Shown here: piece after piece, positions 1-8,430 of the stretch
Layout: every line of letters starts with the position of its first letter
How positions within the stretch are numbered: the first letter of the stretch is position 1
Position numbers and translations under genes: made by a program
NCBI GenBank assembly: GCA_903927905.1
Contig: CAIYOY010000145.1
Coordinates: forward strand, 3,871-67,870
Length of the DNA: 64,000 nt
Direction of reading: 5' to 3'
Source of the DNA: an uncultured Verrucomicrobiales bacterium
GTDB lineage: Bacteria; Verrucomicrobiota; Verrucomicrobiia; Limisphaerales; Palsa-1400
The notes under the pieces: model-generated
Database searches by the model: none
What the model saw: the letters and a program-made list of their open reading frames with translations, nothing else
What the model was told of the DNA's origin: nothing

Positions 1-462
1 CAAAAACGTCTCTGGGACGGACTTAAGGCGAAAATCACCTACATCAAATTGAACGGCCCCGAACCGGGACCGAAACGTATTTCCACCAACCTCAATCTTT
101 CAACCGAATTCATCGAAGGCGAAGGCCAGCTTTTGCTGTGCGATTTGAACGGCATCTCGGTGGCGAGCGGGTCAAGTTGCGTGAGCAAATCCTTGAAGAT
201 TTCCCATGTGCTCGGCGCGATTGGTTTGGACCACGCATTGGCCCAGGGAAACATCATCATGTCCTTCGGCAAGGACAACACCGAGGAAGAAGTCGATTAC
301 GTCATCGAGACCTTCGGTAAAATCGTGACCAAACTGCGCGGCATGTCGCCGATGTGGGATGAATTTGAAAAAGGCGTCATTGATTCCGTCATCACGCCGA
401 CCGGTCGCGGCAAATCGTTTTCCCAACACGCGGCGGACATTTCCGGGAAAGCGGCGCATTGA
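1..462 (+). CDS. Cysteine desulfurase (NifS/IscS-type class V PLP enzyme), C-terminal part; the 5' end lies upstream of the window
   Basis: Frame 1 is open from nt 1 to TGA at 460-462. The translation ...STEFIEGEGQLLLCDLNGISVASGSSCVSKSLKISHVLGAIGL...IIMSFGKDNTEEEVDYVIE shows the catalytic Cys loop (SGSSC) and a C-terminal layout typical of NifS/IscS. Confidence 0.85.
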   Translation, partial: QKRLWDGLKAKITYIKLNGPEPGPKRISTNLNLSTEFIEGEGQLLLCDLNGISVASGSSCVSKSLKISHVLGAIGLDHALAQGNIIMSFGKDNTEEEVDYVIETFGKIVTKLRGMSPMWDEFEKGVIDSVITPTGRGKSFSQHAADISGKAAH

Positions 463-508
463 CACATTTGACCGTTGCCCGAACGGTCTTTTACTGCTTT
501 ATTTAAGT

Positions 509-766
509 ATGACAATGCGCGCACTGGAAAGAGAAGTTTTGGAACTGCCCCCGAAATCTCGAGTGCAATTGGCGGAAAAAATTCTTGAGACGGTGGAAGA
601 TTATACTGACCCCGCAGTGGAAGAAGCCTGGTCGAAGGAAATTGAACGCCGGATGGAAGAAATCGAATCCGGCACGGCTGTCGGCATTCCCGCTGACGAA
701 GTGATGGCTAACGCCCGCCGAGAACTGCATGAAACCCGTCGTGTATCATCGGCTCGCCGCAAGTGA
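509..766 (+). CDS. Type II antitoxin, small helical 'addiction module component' family
   Basis: An 85-aa ORF starts at ATG 509. LELPPKSRVQLAEKILETVED..EEAWSKEIERRMEEIESGTAVGIPADEV is the signature pattern of this antitoxin family. It overlaps the downstream toxin ORF by 38 nt. The longer 359 start adds only an R/P-rich tail. Confidence 0.75.
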   Translation: MTMRALEREVLELPPKSRVQLAEKILETVEDYTDPAVEEAWSKEIERRMEEIESGTAVGIPADEVMANARRELHETRRVSSARRK

Positions 767-1025
767 GCTAATCAAATCGGGCGTTTTTTACGAACGACGC
801 CGGGAATTTCTTGGGGAGGCTTTTATCGCCGCAGTCGAAGAAACCTTAATAAAAATTCGGCATCAACCTGATTTTGGACGTTTGGAAAAGCGTGGTTCTC
901 GCAGTTGGAAGGTAAAACGATTTCCTTTTCGTGCAGTTTATTTGGAACAATCGGACAGAATTTGGGTGGTTGCTCTTGCCCATCTCAGCCGGAAACCTGA
1001 TTATTGGATTCGCCGTTTAAATTAA
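729..1025 (+). CDS. ParE/RelE-superfamily toxin (plasmid stabilisation system protein)
   Basis: The 98-aa product has a helical N-terminus (HRLAASELIKSGVFYE) and a C-terminal sheet region (WKVKRFPFRAVYLEQSDRIWVVALAHLSRKPDYW), as in ParE-like toxins. Its TAA stop shares base 1025 with the ATG of the next gene. Confidence 0.75.
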   Translation: MKPVVYHRLAASELIKSGVFYERRREFLGEAFIAAVEETLIKIRHQPDFGRLEKRGSRSWKVKRFPFRAVYLEQSDRIWVVALAHLSRKPDYWIRRLN

Positions 1026-2071
1026 TGATCTCACCTGAACTTATCACCAACGCGTTGCGCGCCGTAAAATACCCCGGCTATTCCCGCGACATCGTCTCCT
1101 TTGGCCTCGTCAAAGACATCCATTTCCATGGAAGCGCGGTCCACGTCACCATCCAGCTCACCGGCGGCACACCCGAAATCGCCCAACAGATCAAAGCTGA
1201 CGTCGAAAAAATCGTCCGCGCCGTCCCCGGCGTTTCTGGCGTCGAGGCCGAAGTCGTTTTGCCCACCAGCGCCCCAGCGGCCTCCCAGGCGCAGAACCCC
1301 TGGAACAACCAAAACAAAGTTCCCGGCATCAACCGCGTCGTGGCCATTGCCAGCGGCAAAGGCGGCGTGGGAAAATCCACCGTATCGGCAAACTTGGCGT
1401 GCGCCCTGCACCATATCGGCGCGCGAGTCGGATTGTTGGACTGCGATATTTATGGACCAAGCATTCCGCTGATGATGGGTGTGCATCAAAAGCCGACCAT
1501 CAGCGAAAATGATAAAATGGTCCCGCCCGCCAACCACGGCGTGAAGGTGATGAGCATGGGATTGTTGCTGGACGGCGACGCCCCGGTGATTTGGCGCGGT
1601 CCAATGATCATGAAAACGATCCAGCAATTCATTTCCGATGTGGAATGGGGCGAATTGGATTATTTGCTGGTGGATTTGCCGCCAGGCACCGGCGACGCGC
1701 AGTTGTCGCTCTGTCAAACCGTGCCACTGGACGGCGGAGTGATCGTCACCACCCCACAAGAAGCATCGCTTGGAGTGGTGCGAAAAGGTGTGGCCATGTT
1801 TGAAAAAGTGAACGTGCCGATCTTGGGCATTGTGGAAAACATGAGTTATTTCACCACGCCGAATGGCGAACGCGTGGAAATTTTTGGCCACGGCGGCGGA
1901 AAATCAGAAGCCGCGCGGAAGAACGTGCCGTTCCTCGGCGAAGTCCCGATTTTCACGGAGATTCGGATCGGCGGCGACAAAGGCGTGCCAGTGACCGTGA
2001 GCGCACCGGAAGGCTCAGCCGGAAAAACATTCATCGGCATCGCAGAATTCTTGCGTCAAAAGCTCGGCTGA
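1025..2071 (+). CDS. apbC: Fe-S cluster carrier ATPase, Mrp/ApbC/NBP35 family, with N-terminal DUF59-like domain
   Basis: It carries the deviant Walker A SGKGGVGKSTVSANLA plus CDIYGPSIP, DLPPGTGDAQLS and a CxxC-less Mrp-type core. The N-terminal MISPELITNALRAVKYPGYSRDIVSFGLV is DUF59-like. An alternative start lies at 1004. Confidence 0.9.
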   Translation: MISPELITNALRAVKYPGYSRDIVSFGLVKDIHFHGSAVHVTIQLTGGTPEIAQQIKADVEKIVRAVPGVSGVEAEVVLPTSAPAASQAQNPWNNQNKVPGINRVVAIASGKGGVGKSTVSANLACALHHIGARVGLLDCDIYGPSIPLMMGVHQKPTISENDKMVPPANHGVKVMSMGLLLDGDAPVIWRGPMIMKTIQQFISDVEWGELDYLLVDLPPGTGDAQLSLCQTVPLDGGVIVTTPQEASLGVVRKGVAMFEKVNVPILGIVENMSYFTTPNGERVEIFGHGGGKSEAARKNVPFLGEVPIFTEIRIGGDKGVPVTVSAPEGSAGKTFIGIAEFLRQKLG

Positions 2072-2085
2072 TTTACGTTAAGCGC

Positions 2086-2421
2086 ATGGACAACGCGCCC
2101 ACGCCCATGCCTAAACCAGACATCAATGAAATGGTCTGGACCCAACTGCGCAGTTGTTTCGACCCGGAAATTCCCTTGAACATCGTTGATCTCGGCTTGG
2201 TCTATGGCGTCTCCGTCGATGGCAAGCAAGCCAACATCAAAATGACCCTCACTTCACCCGGTTGCCATCTCGGCGGCCAGATCGCCGGAAACGTGCAGGA
2301 GAAATTGCTGGCCTTGGATGAAATTGACGAGGCAAATGTAGAACTCGTCTGGGATCCACCCTGGCATCAAAGCATGATCAGCGCGGAGGGACGGAAGACG
2401 CTGGGCTTGGATCCTGTATGA
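2086..2421 (+). CDS. DUF59-domain Fe-S assembly protein (SufT/PaaD-like)
   Basis: The 111-aa product contains VWTQLRSCFDPEIPLNIVDLGLVY...MTLTSPGCHLG, the canonical DUF59 motif with its conserved Cys. Confidence 0.85.
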   Translation: MDNAPTPMPKPDINEMVWTQLRSCFDPEIPLNIVDLGLVYGVSVDGKQANIKMTLTSPGCHLGGQIAGNVQEKLLALDEIDEANVELVWDPPWHQSMISAEGRKTLGLDPV

Positions 2422-2675
2422 CAAAAATTAAACATATTTTGATTCATCCTCCTTCCGTGCGTTCTTTTTTGCGACCCGGGTTTATTCTGCAGTTGGTCCG
2501 ATTTCGTTGGCAAATGGTGTCTGCGGTTTTCATTTTGTCCATCTCAGCAGCGATTCTTTGGACAGTCTTTGCCCCGCCATCATATTCATCTCACGCTGTA
2601 ATTTATGAGCCTCCAGACGTGGGAGGGATGCCGACAAATTATACGCCGCACGATCCTTCTGAACCTTACTGGTAA
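2418..2675 (+). CDS. Hypothetical membrane protein; possible N-terminal remnant of a Wzz/GumC-type chain-length determinant
   Basis: The ATG overlaps the sufT-like stop (ATGA). It has one TM segment (VSAVFILSISAAILWTVF) followed by PPSYSSHAVIYEPP, like the start of Wzz-family proteins. It is only 85 aa long and the DNA is visibly AT-richer. Confidence 0.3.
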   Translation: MTKIKHILIHPPSVRSFLRPGFILQLVRFRWQMVSAVFILSISAAILWTVFAPPSYSSHAVIYEPPDVGGMPTNYTPHDPSEPYW

Positions 2676-3065
2676 GGTGCAAACTTATTTGCGATGAATC
2701 GGTAGCCTTAAGACTTCCACCATTTTTCGCGAAATCAAATAACGCCGGTCTTCAATGACCGTTCCTTTTCGTTCGGCAAATTGCGCCTTGGGCAGCAAAT
2801 TAATCCGGTCACGATGAACAATCGTTTTCCAATCAAGACCGTCGTTTTCATCCAAAACTTATTCAACGGGTGTGGGTCCGCGATAAGCGGGGACGGAGGT
2901 GTGGAAATTTTTTTGGCAGGGCGTGTCATTCCGTGCGCGCCTTGCCTTCCTGATCTCTATTTTCTCTGTTCGCGCCTTTTCAATTATTCATACCTTGCAA
3001 GCCAGGCCCGCACGACTTGCAAGACGCTTGCCAACCGGGGCTGATGGTTCTAACGTACGAAACGT

Positions 3066-3998
3066 ATGGAAAAAGTCGTTATTGTTGGAACTGGCTGCGC
3101 GGGATTGACCGCCGCCATTTATACCGCCCGCGCCAATCTTTCGCCCCTCGTCCTCACCGGCACCATGCCGGGCGGATTGCTCACCACCACCAGCACAGTC
3201 GAAAATTATCCCGGCTTTCCCGAAGGCGTGGACGGCTACGAACTCATGGTGCGGATGCAGAAGCAGGCGGAAAAATTCGGCGCGCGCATCAAGATTTTGC
3301 AGGCGCTCGAAGCGGTGGATTTTTCCAAACGCCCTTTCGTCCTGACCGTGGACGGCGAACGCATTGAAACGGAAACCCTCATCATCGCCACCGGCGCGGG
3401 GCATCGCCACATCGGATTGGAGAGCGAACATTTGCTGGAGAAAAAGGGCGTGACCTATTGCGCCACGTGCGACGGCGCGTGGCCGATGTTCCGCAATCAA
3501 CCGCTGGTGGTCGTGGGCGGCGGCGATTCGGCCTGCGAAGAAGCAACGTATCTGACGCGCTTTGCCTCGACGGTTTATCTGGTGCATCGCCGCGATACGT
3601 TGCGCGCTTCGAAAATCATGGCGGAACGGACGCTCGCTCATGCGAAGATCAAGCCGGTCTGGGACTCGGCGGTCACTGAAATTCTCGATGTCAAACAGGA
3701 CAAGGTCACGGGCGTGCGTTTGAAAAATTTGAAAACAGGCGAGGAATCGGTCCTGCCGTGCGCCGGAGTTTTTGTCGCCATCGGTCATGTGCCCAACACG
3801 CAGCTTTTCAAGGGTGTGATTGACATGGATCATAACGGCTACATCATCCCCAAAAAAGGCACCGCCACCAACATCCCCGGCGTCTTCGTCGCAGGCGATT
3901 GCTCCGACCACGTCTATCGCCAAGCCATCACGGCGGCGGGTTTGGGTTGCGCAGCGGCGATTGATGCGGAGCGGTATTTGGCGGCGCTGAATGAGTGA
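3066..3998 (+). CDS. trxB: Thioredoxin-disulfide reductase
   Basis: FAD motif VVIVGTGCAGLTAAIY, redox-active CATCDG, NADPH motif VVVGGGDSACEEA and C-terminal GVFVAGDC...RQAITAAGLGC. Confidence 0.95.
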   Translation: MEKVVIVGTGCAGLTAAIYTARANLSPLVLTGTMPGGLLTTTSTVENYPGFPEGVDGYELMVRMQKQAEKFGARIKILQALEAVDFSKRPFVLTVDGERIETETLIIATGAGHRHIGLESEHLLEKKGVTYCATCDGAWPMFRNQPLVVVGGGDSACEEATYLTRFASTVYLVHRRDTLRASKIMAERTLAHAKIKPVWDSAVTEILDVKQDKVTGVRLKNLKTGEESVLPCAGVFVAIGHVPNTQLFKGVIDMDHNGYIIPKKGTATNIPGVFVAGDCSDHVYRQAITAAGLGCAAAIDAERYLAALNE

Positions 3999-4006
3999 GG
4001 TTGACC

Positions 4007-4027
4007 GTGGTCAGTGGTCAGTGGTCA
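4007..4027. repeat. Three perfect tandem heptamers GTGGTCA between convergent trxB and pncB
   Basis: The sequence is gtggtca gtggtca gtggtca. The last unit contains the pncB stop codon. Confidence 0.9.
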
Positions 4028-5374
4028 GCGGCTATCAGCTTTAGATGACAACGCCGCATCCATCTCATCCGCCAGCTTTTGCAGGGTGGGAGAGATCTTC
4101 ACCTTGTAGGAAAGAGCTGGTTCCAATTTCTTCAAAATATCCGGCAGAGCGGCCAACTCCCGTTCGGTCCGCGCCCGCAATGCATCCAGCGGTTCCGGCG
4201 GATTCACCCGTTTCCCCTGTCGCATGACCGGCACCATCAACGCCTTCCCCGGCAGCACGTCGCTCTCCAGTGTCATCACGTCCTCCATCATCTTGCCCGC
4301 CGGATCATAATGCCGATACACCTGCTTGCGCCCCGGCCACGTGGATTTGCCTTCCGAATGTTTGCGGCGCGGAACCCCTTTGTATTCCTGCAACTTGTAA
4401 GCACATTCAAAATACGGGGCGTCGTTCGAAGTATTCATCCGCGTGCCGATGCCATAACCGTCAATCGGCGCTCCCGCCAGTTTCTCCAAAGCGTACTCAT
4501 CCAGGTTTCCGCTCGCCAGGATGCGAACGTCCGGCAACCCGCCGGCATCGAGAATTTTGCGGACCTGCCGCGCGTGTTCCGCCAGATCGCCGCTGTCAAG
4601 CCGCACGGCCTTGACCGTGATCCCCTGCGCCTTCAATTCCGGCGCCAGCTTCACCACTATTCGGGCTCCGTTCGCCGTGTCGTAAGTGTCAATCAAAAAT
4701 ACCGCGTTATCCGGGTTCGACTTGGCAAAATCACGGAACGCTTCAATCTCGCTGTCATGCGATTGCACGAACGAATGGGCCATCGTGCCCGAAACCGGAA
4801 TGCCGAACGCCTTCCCCGCCAGGACCGTCGCGGTCCCCGTGAAACCCGCAATGTAACTGGCGCGCGAAGAAAGCAACGACGCCTCCGCCCCATGCGCGCG
4901 CCTCATGCCGAAATCCACCAGCGATTTTCCCGGGCCCATCAACACACAACGCGCCGCTTTGGAAGCGACCATCGTCTGATACTGCAACAGATTGATGATG
5001 CGGCTCTCCACCAATTGCACCAACGGCAACGGAGCCACCAGACGGATCATCGGCTCATTCGCAAAAAAAACCGTTCCCTCCGGCAAGGCCACCACGTCGC
5101 CGGTAAATTTCAAGGCATTAAGATAATCTAGAAATTTTTGGTCGTAGCCGAAATGTTTCCCCAGCCAATCCAATTCATCGGCGGAAAAATGCAGGTTCTC
5201 CAGGTATTCCAGACACTGCTCCAAACCGGCCGCGACCAGGAAATTCCTCTGCGCCGGAAGACGTCGCACATAAAACTCGAACACCGCCGTCTCCTCCATG
5301 CCGCGGTCAAAGTAGCCCTTGACCATGGTTAATTGGTAAGCATCGGTCAGGAGAACGCTGTTGCCGGGATTCAT
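4025..5374 (-). CDS. pncB: Nicotinate phosphoribosyltransferase
   Basis: LLTDAYQLTMVKGYF, FGMRRAHG, GTMAHSF and RLDSGDL are NAPRTase motifs. I prefer the start at ATG 5374 because the longer 5413 start lies inside an intergenic hairpin. Confidence 0.9.
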   Translation of the reverse strand: MNPGNSVLLTDAYQLTMVKGYFDRGMEETAVFEFYVRRLPAQRNFLVAAGLEQCLEYLENLHFSADELDWLGKHFGYDQKFLDYLNALKFTGDVVALPEGTVFFANEPMIRLVAPLPLVQLVESRIINLLQYQTMVASKAARCVLMGPGKSLVDFGMRRAHGAEASLLSSRASYIAGFTGTATVLAGKAFGIPVSGTMAHSFVQSHDSEIEAFRDFAKSNPDNAVFLIDTYDTANGARIVVKLAPELKAQGITVKAVRLDSGDLAEHARQVRKILDAGGLPDVRILASGNLDEYALEKLAGAPIDGYGIGTRMNTSNDAPYFECAYKLQEYKGVPRRKHSEGKSTWPGRKQVYRHYDPAGKMMEDVMTLESDVLPGKALMVPVMRQGKRVNPPEPLDALRARTERELAALPDILKKLEPALSYKVKISPTLQKLADEMDAALSSKADSR

Positions 5375-5391
5375 GCGAAATGCGTTTTGAA

Positions 5392-5459
5392 GGTGGGGCG
5401 AGCGTACTCGCAAGCCGTTCGTGACATTACCCCCGGCTCGTCAGTAGCCTCGCCCCACC
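5392..5459 (-). other. Intercistronic stem-loop between pncA and pncB
   Basis: GGTGGGGCGAG (5392-5402) is perfectly complementary to CTCGCCCCACC (5449-5459). An inner pairing AGCCG/CGGCT is also present. It sits in the 109-nt pncA-pncB spacer. Confidence 0.6.
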
Positions 5460-5483
5460 GAACAAAAAAAGAGAGGGGCACCT

Positions 5484-6071
5484 TCATGCGGTGATGTCGG
5501 CCAGGGTCACATGAGCTGCGCCCATGCGCGCCATCTCTTCTTCGTGCTCTTTGCTGTCTTCGGGGTTGACGTTGACGCCCTTGATGGCATCGAGCAACAG
5601 GCAGACTTGAAATTTCAGGGCCAAACCGTCCTTCACGGTGTTGAAAACACAATAGTCGGTGGCCAAACCGCCGACAAAAATCCGTTTGATTCCGGCAGCG
5701 AACAATTGATCGGCAAAATCGGTGCGGGCGAACGCGCTGTACGTTTCCAGATTTTCATCGCTGGGCTTGGAAATAATGACCGCGTTGACCGGTAATTCCA
5801 GCAATGGGGAAAATTGCACGCCTTCGGTCCCAACGACACAATGGATCGGCCAGGGCCCGCCCTGGGGAATGAACGAGCAATGATTATCCGGATGCCAATC
5901 GCGGGTGGAATAGACCAAAAGATTGCGCTTATCAAACTCGGCGATGTATTTGTTCAGCACCGGAATGACCTCATCGCCATGCGGCACCGCGAGCGCACCA
6001 TTAGGCGGCAGGAAGTCGTTCTGGATATCAACGATAACCAGGGCATCGGTTGGGCCTAACTCATATTTCAT
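5484..6071 (-). CDS. pncA: Nicotinamidase/pyrazinamidase (isochorismatase family)
   Basis: ALVIVDIQNDF, the metal-ligand region TRDWHPDNHCSF and the catalytic Cys in GLATDYCV. It lies directly upstream of pncB on the same strand. Confidence 0.9.
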   Translation of the reverse strand: MKYELGPTDALVIVDIQNDFLPPNGALAVPHGDEVIPVLNKYIAEFDKRNLLVYSTRDWHPDNHCSFIPQGGPWPIHCVVGTEGVQFSPLLELPVNAVIISKPSDENLETYSAFARTDFADQLFAAGIKRIFVGGLATDYCVFNTVKDGLALKFQVCLLLDAIKGVNVNPEDSKEHEEEMARMGAAHVTLADITA

Positions 6072-6156
6072 ACGGTTTGGCGGTCATAATACCGATTGTC
6101 TTTAGAATTTAAATAAAAATTAATCGTATTGCAGATTTTAGGTTCCGTGGCGAATA

Positions 6157-6828
6157 ATGGTTGATATGAAGAAACGTCAGGCCAATGTGCGGCGGGCGAC
6201 CCGGGAAACCCAGATTTCGCTCAAGCTTAATCTGGACGGCACCGGGAAATCGTCCATCCGCACCGGAATCCCATTCTTTGACCACATGCTCACGCTCTTC
6301 GCCAAACATGCGACCATGGATCTCACCTTGCGCTGTAAGGGCGACTTGGAAGTGGATGCTCATCATACCGTGGAAGATTGTGGTATTGCTCTCGGCCAGG
6401 CGTTCATTCAAGCGCTCGGTGACAAGAAAGGCATCCGCCGTTACGGCACCGGTTTTGATCCGCGCAATCCCCTGTGTGGCGAAGCTTACGTGCCGATGGA
6501 CGAATGTCTGGCGCGTTGTGTGGTTGACTTCAGCGGCCGGTCGTATCTGGTCTGGCGCGGCCTAGATAAATCGGCCTACAAAACCCTCACCACCAAAGAA
6601 AAAAAACAGGACACATCCTCGGCTTTCCGTTTTGGTTTGGCTCGCGAATTCTTCCAGGGTTTCGCCAATGAAGGCCGGTGCAACCTCCACTTGGAATTAC
6701 TTTACGGCGACGAGCCGCATCACATTGTCGAAGGACTTTTCAAGGCCTTCGCCCGCGCGTTAGACGTTGCCTGCCAACGAGATCCGCGAATTGCCGGACA
6801 ACTTCCCAGCACCAAGGGAAAGTTGTGA
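6157..6828 (+). CDS. hisB: Imidazoleglycerol-phosphate dehydratase
   Basis: RATRETQISLKLNLDG, IPFFDHMLTLF, DAHHTVEDCGIALG and HHIVEGLFKAFARAL. The 223-aa product is about 25 aa longer than typical IGPDs. Confidence 0.92.
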   Translation: MVDMKKRQANVRRATRETQISLKLNLDGTGKSSIRTGIPFFDHMLTLFAKHATMDLTLRCKGDLEVDAHHTVEDCGIALGQAFIQALGDKKGIRRYGTGFDPRNPLCGEAYVPMDECLARCVVDFSGRSYLVWRGLDKSAYKTLTTKEKKQDTSSAFRFGLAREFFQGFANEGRCNLHLELLYGDEPHHIVEGLFKAFARALDVACQRDPRIAGQLPSTKGKL

Positions 6829-6866
6829 GTTTCACTGAATAGTTCCAAATCCGCCCCGTCAAACCT

Positions 6867-7469
6867 ATGTCAATGAATCAGGCCAAGTCTGAAATGCAAG
6901 ACGTTGACCTGGTGAAATTGTCCCAAAAGGGCGACCTGACCGCGTTCGAAGAATTGGTCGGGCGCCACCGGGACAAGATTTTCGCGCGCGCGTTCAGCAT
7001 GATGCGGAATGAAGAAGAGGCGCTTGATCTTTCTCAAGAAGCATGGATCAAAGGCTGGCAGCGATTGGCCCAATTCCATGGCGATTCCAGTTTCGTGACT
7101 TGGATGACTCGTATCGTCATCAACTTGTGCCTCGACCAGCTGCGCAAGCACAAACGTCAGCGGGCGGAATCCATCGAGGCGATGGATGAAGAATCCGGCG
7201 GCGTGGAACGACACATGCCGGTGGTCATCACGAACCCGACGGAAGGTTTGGAGCGCGGGGAATTGCGCAAACGGATCGACCGGGCGCTGGCCCAGTTGTC
7301 CGAGGAACATCGGATGGTAATGGTGCTGCATGAATTTGAAGAATTGGAATATAAAGAGATAGCGAAGCGGATGGACTGCTCGATTGGGACGGTGATGTCG
7401 CGTTTGTTTTACGCCCGTCGTCGAATGGCCTCGCTTTTGGTCGGTTTAAAAAGAGAGAACTCAGAATGA
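6867..7469 (+). CDS. ECF-type RNA polymerase sigma-70 factor
   Basis: Region 2 is FEELVGRHRDKIFARAFSMMRNEEEALDLSQEAWIKGW. Region 4 is LSEEHRMVMVLHEFEELEYKEIAKRMDCSIGTVMSRLFYARR. Confidence 0.9.
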   Translation: MSMNQAKSEMQDVDLVKLSQKGDLTAFEELVGRHRDKIFARAFSMMRNEEEALDLSQEAWIKGWQRLAQFHGDSSFVTWMTRIVINLCLDQLRKHKRQRAESIEAMDEESGGVERHMPVVITNPTEGLERGELRKRIDRALAQLSEEHRMVMVLHEFEELEYKEIAKRMDCSIGTVMSRLFYARRRMASLLVGLKRENSE

Positions 7470-7972
7470 ATAACGAATTAGAATTGAAGATCCAGTCCTG
7501 GCTTGATGGCGAATTGTCCGCCGCCGAAGCCAAACAAGTTGCCGCCCAGGTGACCGCCGACACCGCGTTGTCCGGTCTGGCCACCGAACTGCGCCAGACC
7601 AAGAGCGCGCTCGTCGGCAACGAAATGGATTTGAAGGTGCCTGAGACCCGCGAATTCTATTGGAGCAAAATCGCCCGCCAGATCGAACACGAAGAACGCA
7701 AGTCGGCGGCTCCGGTGTCGGTGCCGTTCATGGTGCAATTCCGCAAATTTTTCATACCGTTGGCCGGAGTGGCTGCGGTTGTGGCCGTCGGTCTTTTGAC
7801 GCTCAATCCTTCGGTTCCTTCGCTCAGTTCTGATTCCAATGCTTCGTCCGGCGAAATGGAAACCGTGACCTACCGGGATCAAGAGTCCGGCATGACCGTG
7901 GTCTGGTTAAAAGACCGGGAGGAATCCCAGGCGTCCACTGCGGACGATACTTCCAAGGTTGAAACTCAATGA
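7466..7972 (+). CDS. Anti-sigma factor (single-pass membrane protein)
   Basis: A 4-nt overlap links it to the ECF gene. The N-terminal ELKIQSWLDGELSAAEAKQV is a typical anti-sigma N-terminal helix, and there is a central TM segment (FIPLAGVAAVVAVGLLTL). Confidence 0.7.
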   Translation: MNNELELKIQSWLDGELSAAEAKQVAAQVTADTALSGLATELRQTKSALVGNEMDLKVPETREFYWSKIARQIEHEERKSAAPVSVPFMVQFRKFFIPLAGVAAVVAVGLLTLNPSVPSLSSDSNASSGEMETVTYRDQESGMTVVWLKDREESQASTADDTSKVETQ

Positions 7973-8430
7973 GGATTTGGCTATATCAAGGGCCGATGCA
8001 AAGAATGCGAGTGATGTTTTTGACGGTCGGGATGTTCCTGGCCGCCGGGTTTGCCGTGCAGGCGGGTGATTTGAAATTGGAAGCCACCCTGGTCTGGGGC
8101 ACCACCACCGGGACGAATGTCAGCCATCAATTACTGGACGCCAAGCGCACCAAAGATTTAAGCCGGATTTTCAAGTGGCAGAGTTATTACGCCATCACCA
8201 ACCGGACAGCGGTCATCCCGGCCAATGGAACCAGAACTATTCCCATGGGAGCCAAGTGTCAGTTAAAGGTCAAAAACCTCGGCGCTTCCCGCGTTGAAGT
8301 CGTTTGGATGGGCAACAATAAGATCATCAGCACCAACGTCCACACCCTCCCCCTTACTCTCGCCGGCAACGATAAAAACGACAGCGCCTACTTCATGTTG
8401 TTGCGGTCGGCGGATGGCAATGGGAAGTGA
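7969..8430 (+). CDS. Hypothetical secreted protein co-transcribed with the ECF/anti-sigma pair
   Basis: An ATGA overlap joins it to the anti-sigma gene. It has a signal-like segment (MRVMFLTVGMFLAAGFAVQAG). I recognised no family. Confidence 0.5.
   Translation: MRIWLYQGPMQRMRVMFLTVGMFLAAGFAVQAGDLKLEATLVWGTTTGTNVSHQLLDAKRTKDLSRIFKWQSYYAITNRTAVIPANGTRTIPMGAKCQLKVKNLGASRVEVVWMGNNKIISTNVHTLPLTLAGNDKNDSAYFMLLRSADGNGK

Noticed and set aside
359-508. The N-terminal 50-codon extension of the antitoxin ORF (start at 359).
   Set aside because: It overlaps the cysteine desulfurase 3' end and is an R/P-rich non-native-looking sequence. The antitoxin family signature begins right after ATG 509.
2988-3923. 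A 311-aa minus-strand ORF.
   Set aside because: It is antisense to trxB, whose motifs are unambiguous. Its R/A/G-rich composition is that of a shadow ORF.
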